Below, piece by piece: positions 25,965-39,510 of a stretch of 64,000 nt of DNA. The position numbers and the translations under genes are program-made. Source of the stretch: Octopus sinensis (lineage: Eukaryota); assembly GCF_006345805.1 (NCBI RefSeq), contig NC_043007.1:70060001-70124000 (forward strand), written 5' to 3'. Each line of letters opens with the position of its first letter. The first letter of the stretch is position 1. A model generated the notes under the pieces. It searched no databases and was not told where the DNA came from. It saw nothing but the letters and a program-made list of their open reading frames with translations.

Positions 25965-26110
25965 GTCAGAATGAACATTTAATATTCTATCATTTCATTA
26001 TATTATATTATATAATTATAAGATTGTCAATAAAACATGAAAATCCAAGTTGGATTTCTTTTGATTAATATATTCTTCTATACACAATCATACACACCCG
26101 AGTATATACT

Positions 26111-26179
<69 letters not shown>

Positions 26180-26260
26180 GAGAGGTAATATTATTTATCA
26201 ATTATAAATTAATGAGTATATATACATATAGATGCATGTATGTATGTATATGTATATATA

Positions 26261-26519
26261 CAGTGGTGGACTGGGTCTAAAAACTTTTGTTACAAGGAGA
26301 CTAAGGGGGCCCACCCGCAACTACAATGCTGTCATTTAATTCTTTTTGTTAAAAGTATTCTTTTCAACTGTCTACAAACACAGCCAGGCTGAAATAATTA
26401 ATGCATTCTTCCAGGAGTAAATAAAAAATTCTCAAACTTGAAGGGATGGACCCCCTAGATACTAACGTAGGAGCCCACTTACCATCGGGAAAGCTGGAAA
26501 CATGACCAGTCCGCCACTG
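26261..26519. mobile_element. Non-autonomous hAT-like MITE, 259 bp
   Basis: 14-bp TIRs CAGTGGTGGACTGG / CAGTGGCGGACTGG (one mismatch); flanking 8-mers TATATATA / TCTATATA fit an 8-bp TSD; subterminal GGGCCCAC/GAGCCCAC motifs. Confidence 0.75.
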
Positions 26520-27395
26520 TCTATATATATATATATATGATTCTGATGTGAGTTGTCTAACTTGAAATACTTGTTCAAGTATGGGGCTCATATTGAAATA
26601 ATAAAAAACATTACGTTTCAAATTGTATTGAATACTTTATGAGATAGTAGTATTCTGTTCCTTCGATTAGAATAATCTACACTCACAGCCAAAAATACAC
26701 ACACACCACAAACGTATATTATTCTAATAATAGTTTTTTTATTCCAATTTATCAGCCATACTCAGCTGAAGACGTTAGGGACGGCGTAACTCATATCTGT
26801 AGATTAAGAAAACTAGTAAGAAACATATTTTTGTTTTGGATTGCACTGTGTTGGAAAGGAAATGACTACTGTTCCCTTCAAACTTTGCTTTTGTCCTCTA
26901 GACATCAATGTTTTGAAACTGACCTTATTTCTTAATACATTTCAGACAGGTTCAGCTTTGAGTTGCTGAAGCAGAAATATTGTTATAGCAAATATTCTGC
27001 TCAATATCACAGATTTACTTGTCATTTGCTTGACCATAACCATCTGAGCATCTCCTTTAGCGGCTGAAAATATGTGCATCTCTGATCATGAGCAGGAGTA
27101 ATGTGGGAGGCATCATAGCCATGTGTTTAAAGGGATTATTTGGGGTTTGAATAAATGTAAGAAAAGTAAAGTTTGAAGGAAATATTAGCCAATTTTCATA
27201 TTTTCTAGGGGTAAGCAAATAGGGAATAATATGTTGCTACCCAAGGACATAAGTCGTCCTACACAGTGTTGTTGAAAAAGAAATAAACAAAAATTTTGAA
27301 TGTGTGATTATCCTTATCAACAGAAGTCACTGTTTTAATACATAGTCGTGCCCAGTGAAGTTATTCACAAGTAGTGTTACAGAATTACTATTATT

Positions 27396-27540
27396 CTCTG
27401 AGTTCAAATTCTGCCGAGGTCGACTTTACCTTTCATCCTTTCGGAGTCGATAAATTAAGTACCAGCTACGTACTGGGGCTGATCTAATCTATTGTCCCCT
27501 CTCCAAAAATTTTGGGCCTTGTGCCTAGAGAAGAAAAGAA
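27396..27540 (+). mobile_element. 5'-truncated OK-like SINE with target-site duplication
   Basis: tctgagttcaaattctgccgaggtcgac...ttgggccttgtgcctagag; AGAATTACTATT occurs at both 27381-27392 and 27537-27548. Confidence 0.8.
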
Positions 27541-29326
27541 TTACTATTCTCTTGACATGCAGATATCATATTTGTAATGTGATTCGAATATTAGTGTGAT
27601 GTTTGGATGTTCATTTCTATAAAAAAAGACTATTTCGAAAATATTTGCTTATTTTCAGTTATCATCTGACGGCTTTAAACTAAAGTGGATTCTTTTACAG
27701 GGATATTCATAGAATAATTTAAACCTTTGATCCTCTCTGGTAGCTGCAAACTCTCTAAAGTATCATGTCATTCTGGCACCATTGAAGAGTTTGACTTCAA
27801 GAACTGCATTTAGAGAAAGCCATTGGATTTTCACTGGCAACTAACCGATATAGATAACCAATTCTAATACTTTATTCACGAGATTCCAGCCTATTCCAAT
27901 GATCTGTAAAGAAAATACGTTTATCTTTTCATTATACATAATTAAAGTTATATTATGTATCATGCTCTACTCAGATTTAACATAATGTGGATTTAATTTC
28001 GTATTGTGTCTGATTTACGATCGGAAAATAATATTATATGGCTTTGTTATGTCTTATATTTTAAAGCTTGTCTGCAATAGACGAATATAAGCGGAATTAG
28101 AGACAGACAAATGTTGAGTCATTAGAGCAACGATAGCCTCTTAATCTGTTTTAAATTCTATTTATCATCTTACAGGTTTCCCAGTCTTGCTCTGAGTTAG
28201 TGAACAGATCTGTCAATTTTGGTGTGCCATAATTTATTCATGGACCACTCTAATTCTTTCAAGTAGGTAATTAACCACTTTACTTAAGGAACTATCCAAT
28301 TAATACTGTTTACTAACTTTGATACAAAGCCAAAATTTTGTAGAGGAATAATATAGTTCATTGCATTGTAGTCAATATATTGCTCATGCTTATTTTGTGA
28401 ACTCTCGAAAAACGAGAAGTGAAGTCGACTGCAGAAAGATTTAATCCTGAAACCCACAAACCCACACAACCGTGTTTAAATACTAAAAACCCATTACTTT
28501 GTCACTTTACTGTTTCTGCGACTATATTGTGCTTCTCTTCTTATATATTTTAAAGCATAAAGACAGAGTAACTATGATACAATCTCTGCATCAATGACGA
28601 AATGTTAATAGCGTAACGTAAAATACAGCAGAGCTGAACGATTCTTTATTTTTCCCACAAGTTAATCCCAAACTAGCGGAGGCTAAATTATGTATTTTGT
28701 CGTTTCTATTGAGACGAGTTTGAACTGAAATGTATTATTATCAGTTATCTTTCCTTTAATCTTCCAAGCACAATCATTACGTGACTGCAAATATCATATC
28801 ATATCTGTATATTATGTTATATTTGATCTACTTATATATCCATGCCTGTTATTGTGTAACAAAACTGGAGATATACGTTTAAAAGCCAGGCATTAACAAC
28901 ATCGATTGTTTCTCTGTGATATTAATGAAATTTCCAAAGCATTCTCTGATTTTGTAAAATTCCCAAATGTGCTACACGAGAAAATACTTTTAAAAACACT
29001 GAAATACTTTTATCTCCCAACAAATGAAATAGTCGTAGTTCCTAGCTAGTGACGTAAGAAATACCGATTCTCAGATCTTGACTATCTATCCACCACTAAG
29101 TGTATCAAGGGTCGTTGAAGTTAATGGCCAGATTTGTCGAGTGAATGGAACGCACAACTTTTAAACTCTTTTCTCAGTTCCAAATCGAAAACGTTTAAGT
29201 TCACATGTACCATTTTGCATATATTTGTCTTCTACTGAGAGATGGTGATGATGATGATGATGATGATATTGATGATGACGATCATTATCGTCATCATTAT
29301 CACCACCACCACCATCATCATCATCA

Positions 29327-29378
<52 letters not shown>

Positions 29379-30477
29379 TCCGTTTAAAGCATTCGGATCA
29401 GGTAACCAGTCCGAGAAGAACTTCTTTCTCTTCCACCACTGAAAGAGGCCCTGAAAAGGTCATGGCTGTTGGCCTTTCACCACGAAGCAAAGGGAATGAA
29501 AATAAACAAGAAGGAAGTAAAATTTTATCTCTTCTAAATAACAAATTAAAAACCTATTAATTTTCAATATCAAATATATGTTTAACAAAAGAACTGAATC
29601 CTCTTCGTGATGTATCTCATTTCTAACATGTTCACTGTCCTAAGCTATGTCCTATGGTGATAGGTTTCAAGAAGGGTGGTATATTACTTGCGAACGTTTT
29701 TTTGCTTTCCTTTTATTTTTCACTAATATCAACATTATTAACACAAAAAGAATATGAATGTATTTCACACGTGTGTTGCTATTTTACATTATAATTAAGT
29801 TTGGATAAACATCCTTTATGCTGAGCCTTCCTCATCCCCCAGGGTTAATCAATTAAAAGGACAACCGTAAGGAAGGAAAACTAATTAGTGCTTGATGACA
29901 AGCTGAAATTTAAATTAATTAAAAATAAGATTATGATATCCAGTCAAGAGTGTGTTTGAGATTTGATTATATAAATACTTTGTCATTTTAAGATTTGGTA
30001 AGCAGTTGTTAGGCTTCATCTTGCTGGGGAAATCTAATAAGATGGAAAATGTCCTGAATTGGTACCATACTTACTAAAGACCAAACCAACTCTGTACAGT
30101 GTACCTTCACTCAATTTTTAATCAATTTGAATTGCGGAGTCATCTCACTTGACTAATTTGACAAGAATGGTCATTAATGGTATGAATTCATTTCATTAAA
30201 ATTCCTTTCGGTTCGCAGCATTACGCATGCTAGCTTGCACTTAATTTCATATATCTCATACAGAATATATTTCTGAGAAATATTTCACTGTCATTATGTT
30301 GCAAGAAATAAATTTCCTCTTTTTCTTCTGGAATGTTTGAAAACAAATATGTTTCAAAGCAGAACTAAATATAAGTCTGTGTAGAGGTAAAACCAAAGAC
30401 ATTCAAGGCATGACCATCACGCTATTGTTTTAAGTATAATCTATTTAGAAGTACATTATCCTGTATACATACAGATT

Positions 30478-30690
30478 TCAATATGTGACCGCGTGTGGAT
30501 CGTTGGCGATTTTCTTTTTCCGTCTTCCCTTCTTTGGACTTTTTCTATATTTCTGATGAAGAGTTCCGCTCGAAGCGTGAAATCCTCTTTCTTTTATTCC
30601 CTTTCCTGAGCGTCCAATAACATAGTACTTGTACCACGTCCTCGCGTTGTAGTTTTTTCTTGCTTGTTCTTGTTTGGATTGACTACATAC
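30478..30690 (+). mobile_element. Probable Penelope pLTR-type repeat fragment with a decayed hammerhead motif
   Basis: ATTT CTGATGA A GAG TTCCG CTC GAAG CG TG AAAT at 30549-30583, inside a TTGGAC...GTCCAA stem. Confidence 0.45.
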
Positions 30691-30711
30691 ATACATACGT
30701 ACACACACAGA

Positions 30712-30760
<49 letters not shown>

Positions 30761-31448
30761 ATATATATATATATGCATAAATACACACACATACACACAC
30801 ACACACACACACATGTTTCTTTATCTTTAAGTCAATGAATAGTGACTTGAGGGCGATTGGCTGATATCTATTTTAGGTAGAGAAATCATGTACAGGCTTC
30901 CTCCTTTTTCTCCTATAAACATTTATGGTTAATTTAGGAGAAAAAAAAACAAGACAGATACCAATGGTAGAAGAATGTTGCCCATTCATACTTAATATGA
31001 TACAATTTGCGAACTTCTTTGGTACTCTTAGATCAAGTTATATATGGAGTATATTCTCCATTTATGGTATTTTCTAGAGTGGCACTAATGTCTTGTGTCT
31101 CCAAAATCTCTGAAAAGAAAGAATATTAATTATTGAATTTTTGCTTTAGAATCCCATGTTTACAGGGTGCATCATGTAACTATTTATGTAGTTCATAAGA
31201 TGTATTTCATAAAATGTACTCTCTCACCTAAATTTCGTTATTGAAACTAGATGCTGATTCCATTTTAAGGTAAAGGTTGCAATGCTAAGGAAAGAGTCTT
31301 GTTATATATAAGGAAGCAATAGCTGAGAAATAAAGCTGTCTTTTGACTAAATACAAAATCCATCAAGTTCTATTAGAAACGTAGAAAGGATAAAAGAATC
31401 CGCCACCACAAAAAATAGACTGTGTAAAACTTGGCTTAGAGTTAGTTT

Positions 31449-31538
31449 GCGGAATTTGAACTCAGAACGTAGCGGCAGACGAAATACCGCTAAGCATTTC
31501 GCCCGATGTGCTAACATTTCTGCCAGCTCGCCGCCTTA
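31449..31538 (-). mobile_element. OK-like SINE head fragment
   Basis: gcggaatttgaactcagaacgtagcggcagacgaaataccgctaagcatttcgcccg...ctgccagctcgccgcc. Confidence 0.88.
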
Positions 31539-31965
31539 GCCTTTACAATAATTAAATATACTCCTTATGTATGTCAACCAGGAAATTGGTTTTAGTATTA
31601 AGTTACCTTTCTTTTTGAAATAAGAAAAAAAACTCAGATTCACAGCTAAAGTTTCGAGGATGCACTGTCTATACGAACACACTAAAATTTCGCTGATCCA
31701 GTGCAGTAAAATCCCAATATAATTGATAGCTAAACAACCAATAATAAGATGAATTGAGAAATAAACGAAATTCTTTGAGTCTGCTTTACAAAGCAAGATA
31801 TGCAAATAAATAACAAAACAAGAATAGGAATGGAAACTGTGAATTGAAAATGAAGGAACAAATATAAGCGATTGAAGATTTAGTTTAAATTCCACTTCGA
31901 GTACATCGGCACTGATTAATCTTCAATCATTATATAAATTTGAAGTTTTCAAGTGGTGTTTCTAT

Positions 31966-32180
31966 ATTCTTTTCTACTCTAGGCACAAGGCCAGAAATTT
32001 GTAGAGGGGAAGCCAGTCGATTAGATCAACCTCAGTACGCAACTGGTACTTAATTTATCGAACCCGAAAAGATGAAAGGCAAAGTCGACCTCGGCGGAAT
32101 TTGAACTCAGAACATAAAAACAGACGAAATACCGCTAAAAATTTCGCCCGGTGTGCTAACGTCTCTGCTTGCTCGCCACC
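31966..32180 (-). mobile_element. OK-like SINE, full monomer (head-core-tail B)
   Basis: A/B boxes, core, and the cttgtgcctagagtagaaaagaat tail on the minus strand. Confidence 0.88.
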
Positions 32181-32212
32181 ATAGTGGTGTTTCTATATTA
32201 TAAAACTGATTA

Positions 32213-32720
32213 AGGCGGCAAGCTGGCAGAATCGTTAGCACGCCGGGCGAAATGCGTAGCCGTATTTCGTCTGCCGCTACGTTCTGAGTTCAAATTCCAC
32301 CGAGGTTGACTTTGCCTTTCATCCTTTCGGGGTCGATAAATTAAGTACCAGTCACGCACTGGGGTCGATGTACCCTTGTGGGTAGTAAAGAAATAGAAAT
32401 AGGTATTTCGTCTGCCGCTACGTTCTGAGTTCAAATTCTGCCGAGGTCGACTTTTCCTTTCATTCTTTCGGTGTCGATTAAATAAGTACCAGTTACGCAC
32501 TGGGGTCGATATAATCGACTTAATCCGTTTGTCTGTCCTTGTCCTCTCTGTGTTTAGCCCCTTGTGGGTAGTAAAGAAATAGGTATTTCGCCCATCGTTA
32601 CGTTCAAATTCCGCCGAGGTCGACTTTGCCTTTCATCCTTTCGGGGTCGACAAAATAAGTACCTGGAGGTCGATATAATTGATTTACTCACTCCTTAGAA
32701 ACTGCTGGTCTTGAGCCAAA
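32213..32720 (+). mobile_element. OK-like SINE, trimeric array
   Basis: Head ggcggcaagctggcagaatcgttagc followed by three cores, each re-entering at ggtatttcg after gtagtaaagaaata. Confidence 0.9.
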
Positions 32721-34199
32721 AATTGAAACATATAAAACTGATTAGAAAATAGTATCAAAACAGATAGCACAAAAGCCCTGAGTTAAGAAACAAGACAAAG
32801 TGCACACATTTGTACTGTGTGAAAAGCTATTATTTCTATGCCTACAACAACGATAATTCTTTCTGAAACATCTAACCAAATAATTGGTCAATTGAATACA
32901 AAATATTAATGATAGTTCAGTCAAGTTTAACAGGTGAAATAAGACACTAAACAATCTCAAAGTCACTGAAAATGTAAAAGAAATCAATAGACTCCACAAT
33001 ACTGTACTTTTTATAAAGTTGCAGTGACGAGATAAAAATTGTTGACATATCGCCCTGCAGACTACTACCCTATCGATTTGGTCAGCTGTGCGTCTTTAGG
33101 CAAACACATATTCACTCAAATCGATTTCTTATATGTAATGCAACGGATACAATTTAACATTAATTATGGTTTCAACCAAATTCGGTTTCCATTGAGACTC
33201 AAGACCATCTCGCGAACTCTCCACCATTCATTCTGACTGAGAATGCTGTGAACTGTCTTTCTAGATATTGTTTCAATGTATTCTACACCTTTGTGTAATA
33301 TCAATAATAGAACACTGATTTTCATTGGATTCTAATTACATTTTCTTTTCAATGAAAAGTGATTTATTGATAAGATTAATAACATTTTATTTGGTGGGGA
33401 GAGGTCACAGGAAAATTCATCCAACTCCTCGTGTTTTTCAGTTCAACATTATTAGTTTCAGATAGCAAAGTTAATTGAAGCAATATTTATCACATATTTC
33501 TCTCTTTAGTTCTTTCTTCTTCTTTCAGCCTTTCTCTTTCTTTCAGTCTTTCTCTTTAAGTTTCCCTTTCTCTTCCTGTCTCTTTCCATCTCCCTCCCTC
33601 TCTTTAGTTTTCTGTTTCTCTGTTGTTCTAATAGAATATAAGATTAATTAATCTTACTCCTTCGTTCCGCTCTCTTTCACTCATTCTTTCTCTCAAAAAT
33701 ATATTTACACATACTCATATTCCCTCACTATCTCACTCATTCACTTTATATGTTACTTTCGTTGTTGTTTTTGCTTAGCTCCAGATCAATTTTATTAAAG
33801 AAACACTATGACCAAAAGCGTTTCCATCCGTGATCATCCCTTCTTTTACTGGGTTATAGTGTATCAAAGATTTATTATTCAAGAGGTTAGGACGTTATTT
33901 GACGGAGATTTATCTATTATCATTCGTAGGTTGAGCACAATGCTGCTTTCTCAGGCGTGTTGCACGCTTTCTCTTTCCAGTCTCATGTCTTTCTGTATGT
34001 CTGTAGATATCGGTGATGGCCACAACATGATTCTTGATAAGGCGAACCAGGTCCGACCGTAAGAGCTACTGCCCCTCTATAATTTTTGTTATTGCTACTG
34101 TATATCCCAGCACAGTGTTTGTGGTGAATGATGTTATTGCTGTTGCTGCTGCTGTTGTTGTTGTTAAGCAACAAGGTGGGTAAGGGTGATTAGGTGATG

Positions 34200-35200
34200 G
34201 TCTAGGGCTTAGGGGCGGGAGACACCCCAGACCTTGGAAAAATAAACTTTGGTCGTCTTGTTGTAGTTGAGGGCTCTTCGTTGACGCCCGACACCACTGG
34301 GAGGCAGCCCTCGAAGTCGCTGTAAATGGAGATCTCCAGGTTCAAATTCTTGAACGGCTGCTACTACTGTCTTTCTGGGCATTTACTGATTATGTTTGTC
34401 TGCACTAAATGAGATAGAAAGTGTTCTTTGGAGGTTGGTGTTCGTGATTAGCAGAAGCGTGTAAGAAGTATTGGAGTTATTTATTTGAGCGGAAGATCCT
34501 ATGCACCAAGACAATACTGTATCTACGTTTCTTACATAGTCTTTAGTCTTGGCACACTTAACAATTGCGTTCAAATACAGATTTTTTTTAAAAAGTATCA
34601 GAATAAGCTGCAAACTTCGTGAAGGAAGAACGGTAAGACAAAAAGAGGAAGAAGTTAGAATTTTGGTGCAAGGAGAGTCATAGGGAGTATAAAGATATCA
34701 TAGAGTTGAAAAGTTGGCTATAATGTCGATGTCTTAAATAAGATGGACGGTGCCATGAAAAATTACTGGTTTTGTGATAATGACATGAAAAGAACAATCA
34801 AACATTGAAAACTGTTGATGAGTAATGAATTTCTGAGAATGGATAGAATCGTTTCGTGTAGTTTTTGATTTATTGAGAATAGTGCATTTAAAGTTTGAGG
34901 ACTCTATTCAGAAATTTGATAGATTTTGGAAATGAAAATGTTCATGTAAATTCTACAGAGTAATAATAACGTGTGTACGTTTGATTCCCAAAGTTGCCAA
35001 TTTTCGATATTCTATTGGAAAAGTGGACAGCAAGAAAAGGAATCTAAAAATAATATGATAGGATATTGCAGTTTGAGGTTGGGGGAAAGAGGAGATTGGT
35101 TGATGCTCCTGGTTCGAAAAAAAAAACGTTTTTAATGATTGAAAATGGAATGAAGGGATACAATTAGTTCACGGAGAATTATTAATGATAAAGCTTTTGA
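34200..35200 (-). mobile_element. Possible ancient LINE (RT/RNase H) relic
   Basis: Only faint motifs (ISIYSD resembling RNase H IxIYSDS; PTFQ/LFN-like and PIIL-like stretches); heavily disrupted. Confidence 0.25.
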
Positions 35201-37949
35201 ATTATATATTCCATACAAAGATAGTTTCTTTTAGATTTTGGCTAGTATACTATACTTAATTTTTCCTTCATTCTTCGGAATTTTAGTTACAATGACCGAT
35301 AGCTATATGAAGGTTACATTCACTATATTAACATATATATTGCATGATACTGTATCTCGTTAAGAACAACTTTGAATAACATTGCAATCACAATGTACTT
35401 TTCTTTATTCACAACGTAGCGGTTATTGTCGTATGAAATATATTAAAGGAACAAGAGAAAGAATATTGAAAATAATAATTTCTTCATTCTAAACAGAGAT
35501 CTAATTATATATTAACTCTGGGGCAAGGCTACATTTTTGTGAGCGTTGATGTTCTTAAATCGACTACTGGAGATTAAAAACAAAGTGACGTGTGTAATTT
35601 GAGCGCAGAACGTCATTGAGCATAACTAAATGACACGAGGCATTTATTTTGTCGCGTTTATGTATTTGTTTTGCAAGATTCTTTATCATTATTATTTTAG
35701 TTTCTTTGTCAAAGTTCTTTCGTCACACATCCTGTGACCTCTTCAGCGGCTCTTATCCCACTTGTCTCCTCTAGTTCTACTTATTCCATTTTGTCCATTT
35801 TATCCTCAAATATATTTATGCAGTCATAGTAAGGAAATAAAAATATACACAACTTACTGATATTGTTAACTATCTGCCATTTTGATTTTACAACCTTATG
35901 ATATTTTGAAACGAATGGTTTACTTTCACCAAAAAATTTACAAAAACATGTTAAAATATAAACGGAAATCAACTTTGCCATATCTACATCGAAAAGTGGG
36001 ACAATCTTATTCACAAAAGAATCAATTGCGTGAAGTAAGAAAATTCGTAAGACAAATCAATTAATCAATTATTTTAACAATGGTCCCAAAGATTTTAATG
36101 TCACTCAACGTCTTTATTATTTTCTTTCTTCCATTTCCGGTTCATATTTTCTATTCTTATTTATCAATTTAATAATTTATGCGCCTTGCTTCGTAAACCA
36201 GATTCAGAGAACTTCATAAACTCTGCAATTCTTCTTATCTCCCGACTTTGACTTTCATTATACACAAAGGCCTATTCTGAACAGCATTTGTTCTATCATG
36301 TGATTTTATAGCTGTTTTCCGTGTATTGTAAAGGATTTATTGCTGAACTAATATAACTTAAAATGCACATCACGGAATTAAATCCATCCAAAGCTTTCCC
36401 ATCGGTTTTCACGTTGAACGCTGACACAGATTAATATTCTGACGTCACGTGGATTATGTAGACCAAATCTAATAAATAACCTGGTGTAATACGAACAACA
36501 TTCATAAGAAGAAAATAGCATATGCACATTCATTGGGATATTACATATATTTTTGTGATATTCTCTTGATATTCATATAATTTTACGATATTCTCTTGAT
36601 ATTCACATAGTTTTATGATTTTTTTTTATATACATATAATTTTATACTTGTAAATATTATATAATGTTTTTGGCATTGCAATAGGGCTTTACATTAGAAA
36701 GAGTTTGCCAAGTAAGGCTAATACACTATACACTTTCTGCAGTAAATAAGAAAATGTAAAAATATATATTAAGGAAGATAAAGACGTTTTTTCAGTCAGA
36801 GGAACAAGAAAGCGATGGATTACCAGAAACTGTAAATCACCCGATAATACCTTGTGATATTTATTACATCCCTTTACGATATGAGTTTAAATACCACGTA
36901 GGTAACTTTATATTTCATAATTTCAGAATGAAATAAAATAATTATTGGAATCGATTTAGTCGGCTGCTTATCCCGCAGAATGCGTGGCCTTGCACGAACG
37001 TTAGAATTTACATCAAGCATTGATGGCGGAACTTTTTAGCTCGGCATGTCTAAATTTTAACCTCTTTAATTATCCAGTTATTTGAAGTTTCATTTAGATG
37101 AATACATGCATTTTAATTTTATTAAAATGCTCATACAGAATCTCATTATTACAGGGAATTGTTTTTATTTTCAAAGTCCGTCGTATGTCACCTAAAATCT
37201 GCAGCGTGTAACTGTTGAGATGAGTGTCATACACTCAACTTCATTAATATATAGCAATCACCTGATGAAGTGTCAACGCATCTTCAGCTGAATAGTCGGG
37301 TAAATGTGATTAGATACCAAACGGTTATTGTTAAATGTTCCCCCTCTCAGTATACTCCTTGTACTATGCCCACAGGCGTTCGTAATGATAGACTCTCCAA
37401 AATCTCCTATTTTAGCAAGTAATTAGGTCAGTCTTTCTGTTAGTGGAAACTAAGACGATTCAGTACCTTATCTAACTTTCAGTTTTCTAATAATCACCAA
37501 GTTTCAGTTTTCCATTTGTCTCTTCTCATGCTAATCTAAGAAAATTTTGGTATTTGTTGTTCTGTATAAAATACCTTTAGCATTCGTCTAAGGAACTACA
37601 TCTCTGCAGCATTGATAAGTCCTTTGCCTTTGTTTGCTGACGTTTTGCGTTGCTCATCCATGTCTGCCTCAAGGACTCTTTTACCCACTTTTGTTGATAG
37701 CCATTTATCTCACAAAAAAATTTTAATCTCAACATCAGCAACCTTTGCTTGTCCAATCTTTAACTTAACTTCTCTGATGCCTTTCCCTGGACCCTAATGT
37801 TTTCATGGTTCCTACGTACTTAAACCTATCAACTTGTAAATTCCATTAATTTTGATGTTGTAAATTTGTGTTTTTCTTTTCTTTGAGATGATCATTATCT
37901 ATGTTTTTTGTTCCTATAATGAATTAGACCAGCATTTCACTTCCATCAT

Positions 37950-38170
37950 TAATATTGATTTCAAATTTTGGCATAAGGTCAGCAATTCCGGGTAAGTGGT
38001 TAACTCGATTACAACGACCCTTGTGATTGACAAGTACTTATTTTATCAACCCCGAAAAGATGAAAAGCAAAGTCGACCACCGCAAAATTTGAACTCAGAA
38101 CGTAAAGACGGCCGACATGCCGCTTAGCATTTTTCTCTGTGTGCTAACGACTCTACCAACTCGCTGCCTT
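37950..38170 (-). mobile_element. OK-like SINE, diverged monomer
   Basis: tttcaaattttggcataaggtcagc tail, aaaagatgaaaagcaaagtcgacc core, atttgaactcagaacg B box. Confidence 0.82.
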
Positions 38171-38566
38171 ATTTCCATCATTAATATTTCCAAGTTTGCC
38201 GATCTTTTTCCGTTGTTGGTATGAGTACTGTGCTATCTGCACAACACTCATGCCAACAACATAATTATTTCATTGTATAATTAAAACAGATTAGCTAATA
38301 ACATACACTCCGGTTCAACTCATCTGTTGATTTTCCTATATCGTCTTATTTCATTTCCTTCGAAACGCTTTGTTGATTGGCTCTCTGTATCAACAGTTTA
38401 GCGTATTACTACAAACCATTCAGTGAGTTACGCTCATTTTGAGATCAGATTTAGATGAGGTAATTAAACAAGCAATATATGAAAATATTAACCTGCATGA
38501 AAGGAATCTCCTACCCACTCTTTTTCTGTCTGTTTGTCTGTCTCTCTTTCTTTCCCCTTCTCCCCC

Positions 38567-38600
<34 letters not shown>

Positions 38601-39312
38601 CATCCTTTTCCTCTGTTGCCGAACAATTAACTAAAAAAAAACACACATCCTCAGAAATGTCTTTTAAGCTATCAACTATTTTCTCTTTTTAAGAAACGCT
38701 TAACTTTGTCCAAGTTATACCATGATGACGATTACAAGGAAGGTTGAAATACCACAAACAACTAGAACTTTATAACAATCTAGATGTGATTATCTCCCCT
38801 ATAATTGTTGACCACCAGGTGACACACCACGTATTACATCTAATTATCTTGAAATGAAGTAGAATTAGTTATTCATGCCCGCTTGTCCATTCAGCTTTCC
38901 CCGACCGACAACCGACATTTCATCTCTAGTTGAAGTACTTTCCTGGCACTTACACATAACTTCAAGAAAATACTCTTTCGGAGTATTTCATTTGCCATAA
39001 GCCTAAGATTTTAGAAATATGTTACATGTTTATACTGTTCCTTTACTTTTTATTTATTTATTTCTACACCAAAAAACTTCGATGATTTCGTTAAAGCTTA
39101 GAACTAATCAAGTTTTGTCTGTTCGAATTCTACAAGCACTAAAATTAAGAACTGCAGAATCGGAACCAAATATAATTTTGCACATCCTTTTCTTATTATT
39201 ATTGTTGTTGTTGTTGTTGTTGTTTTCGTTGTTGTTAGACTGAAATCCATTAAAACACGCAGAACTGTTTTGTAACTGTTTTCATACATGTATTTACATG
39301 TATGTTTGTATG

Positions 39313-39422
<110 letters not shown>

Positions 39423-39458
39423 TTTGTGTGTGTATGTGCATATATATTTAGGCATACT

Positions 39459-39503
<45 letters not shown>

Positions 39504-39510
39504 GGTCTCT

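Noticed and set aside
28165-28200. Polypyrimidine-TACAG|GTTTC as a possible acceptor for K2P exon 2
   Set aside because: Reads G-F-P-V-L-L then stops; does not give the GFG filter continuation.
36440-36451. Overlapping CRE (TGACGTCA) and E-box (CACGTG)
   Set aside because: An 8-mer is expected about once by chance in 64 kb; no supporting context.
37262-37290. CTGATGA / CTGAAGA hits here and at 3791, 9364, 13263, 18787, 26765, 41065, 46388, 54244
   Set aside because: No correctly placed GAAA + UH with pairing helices.
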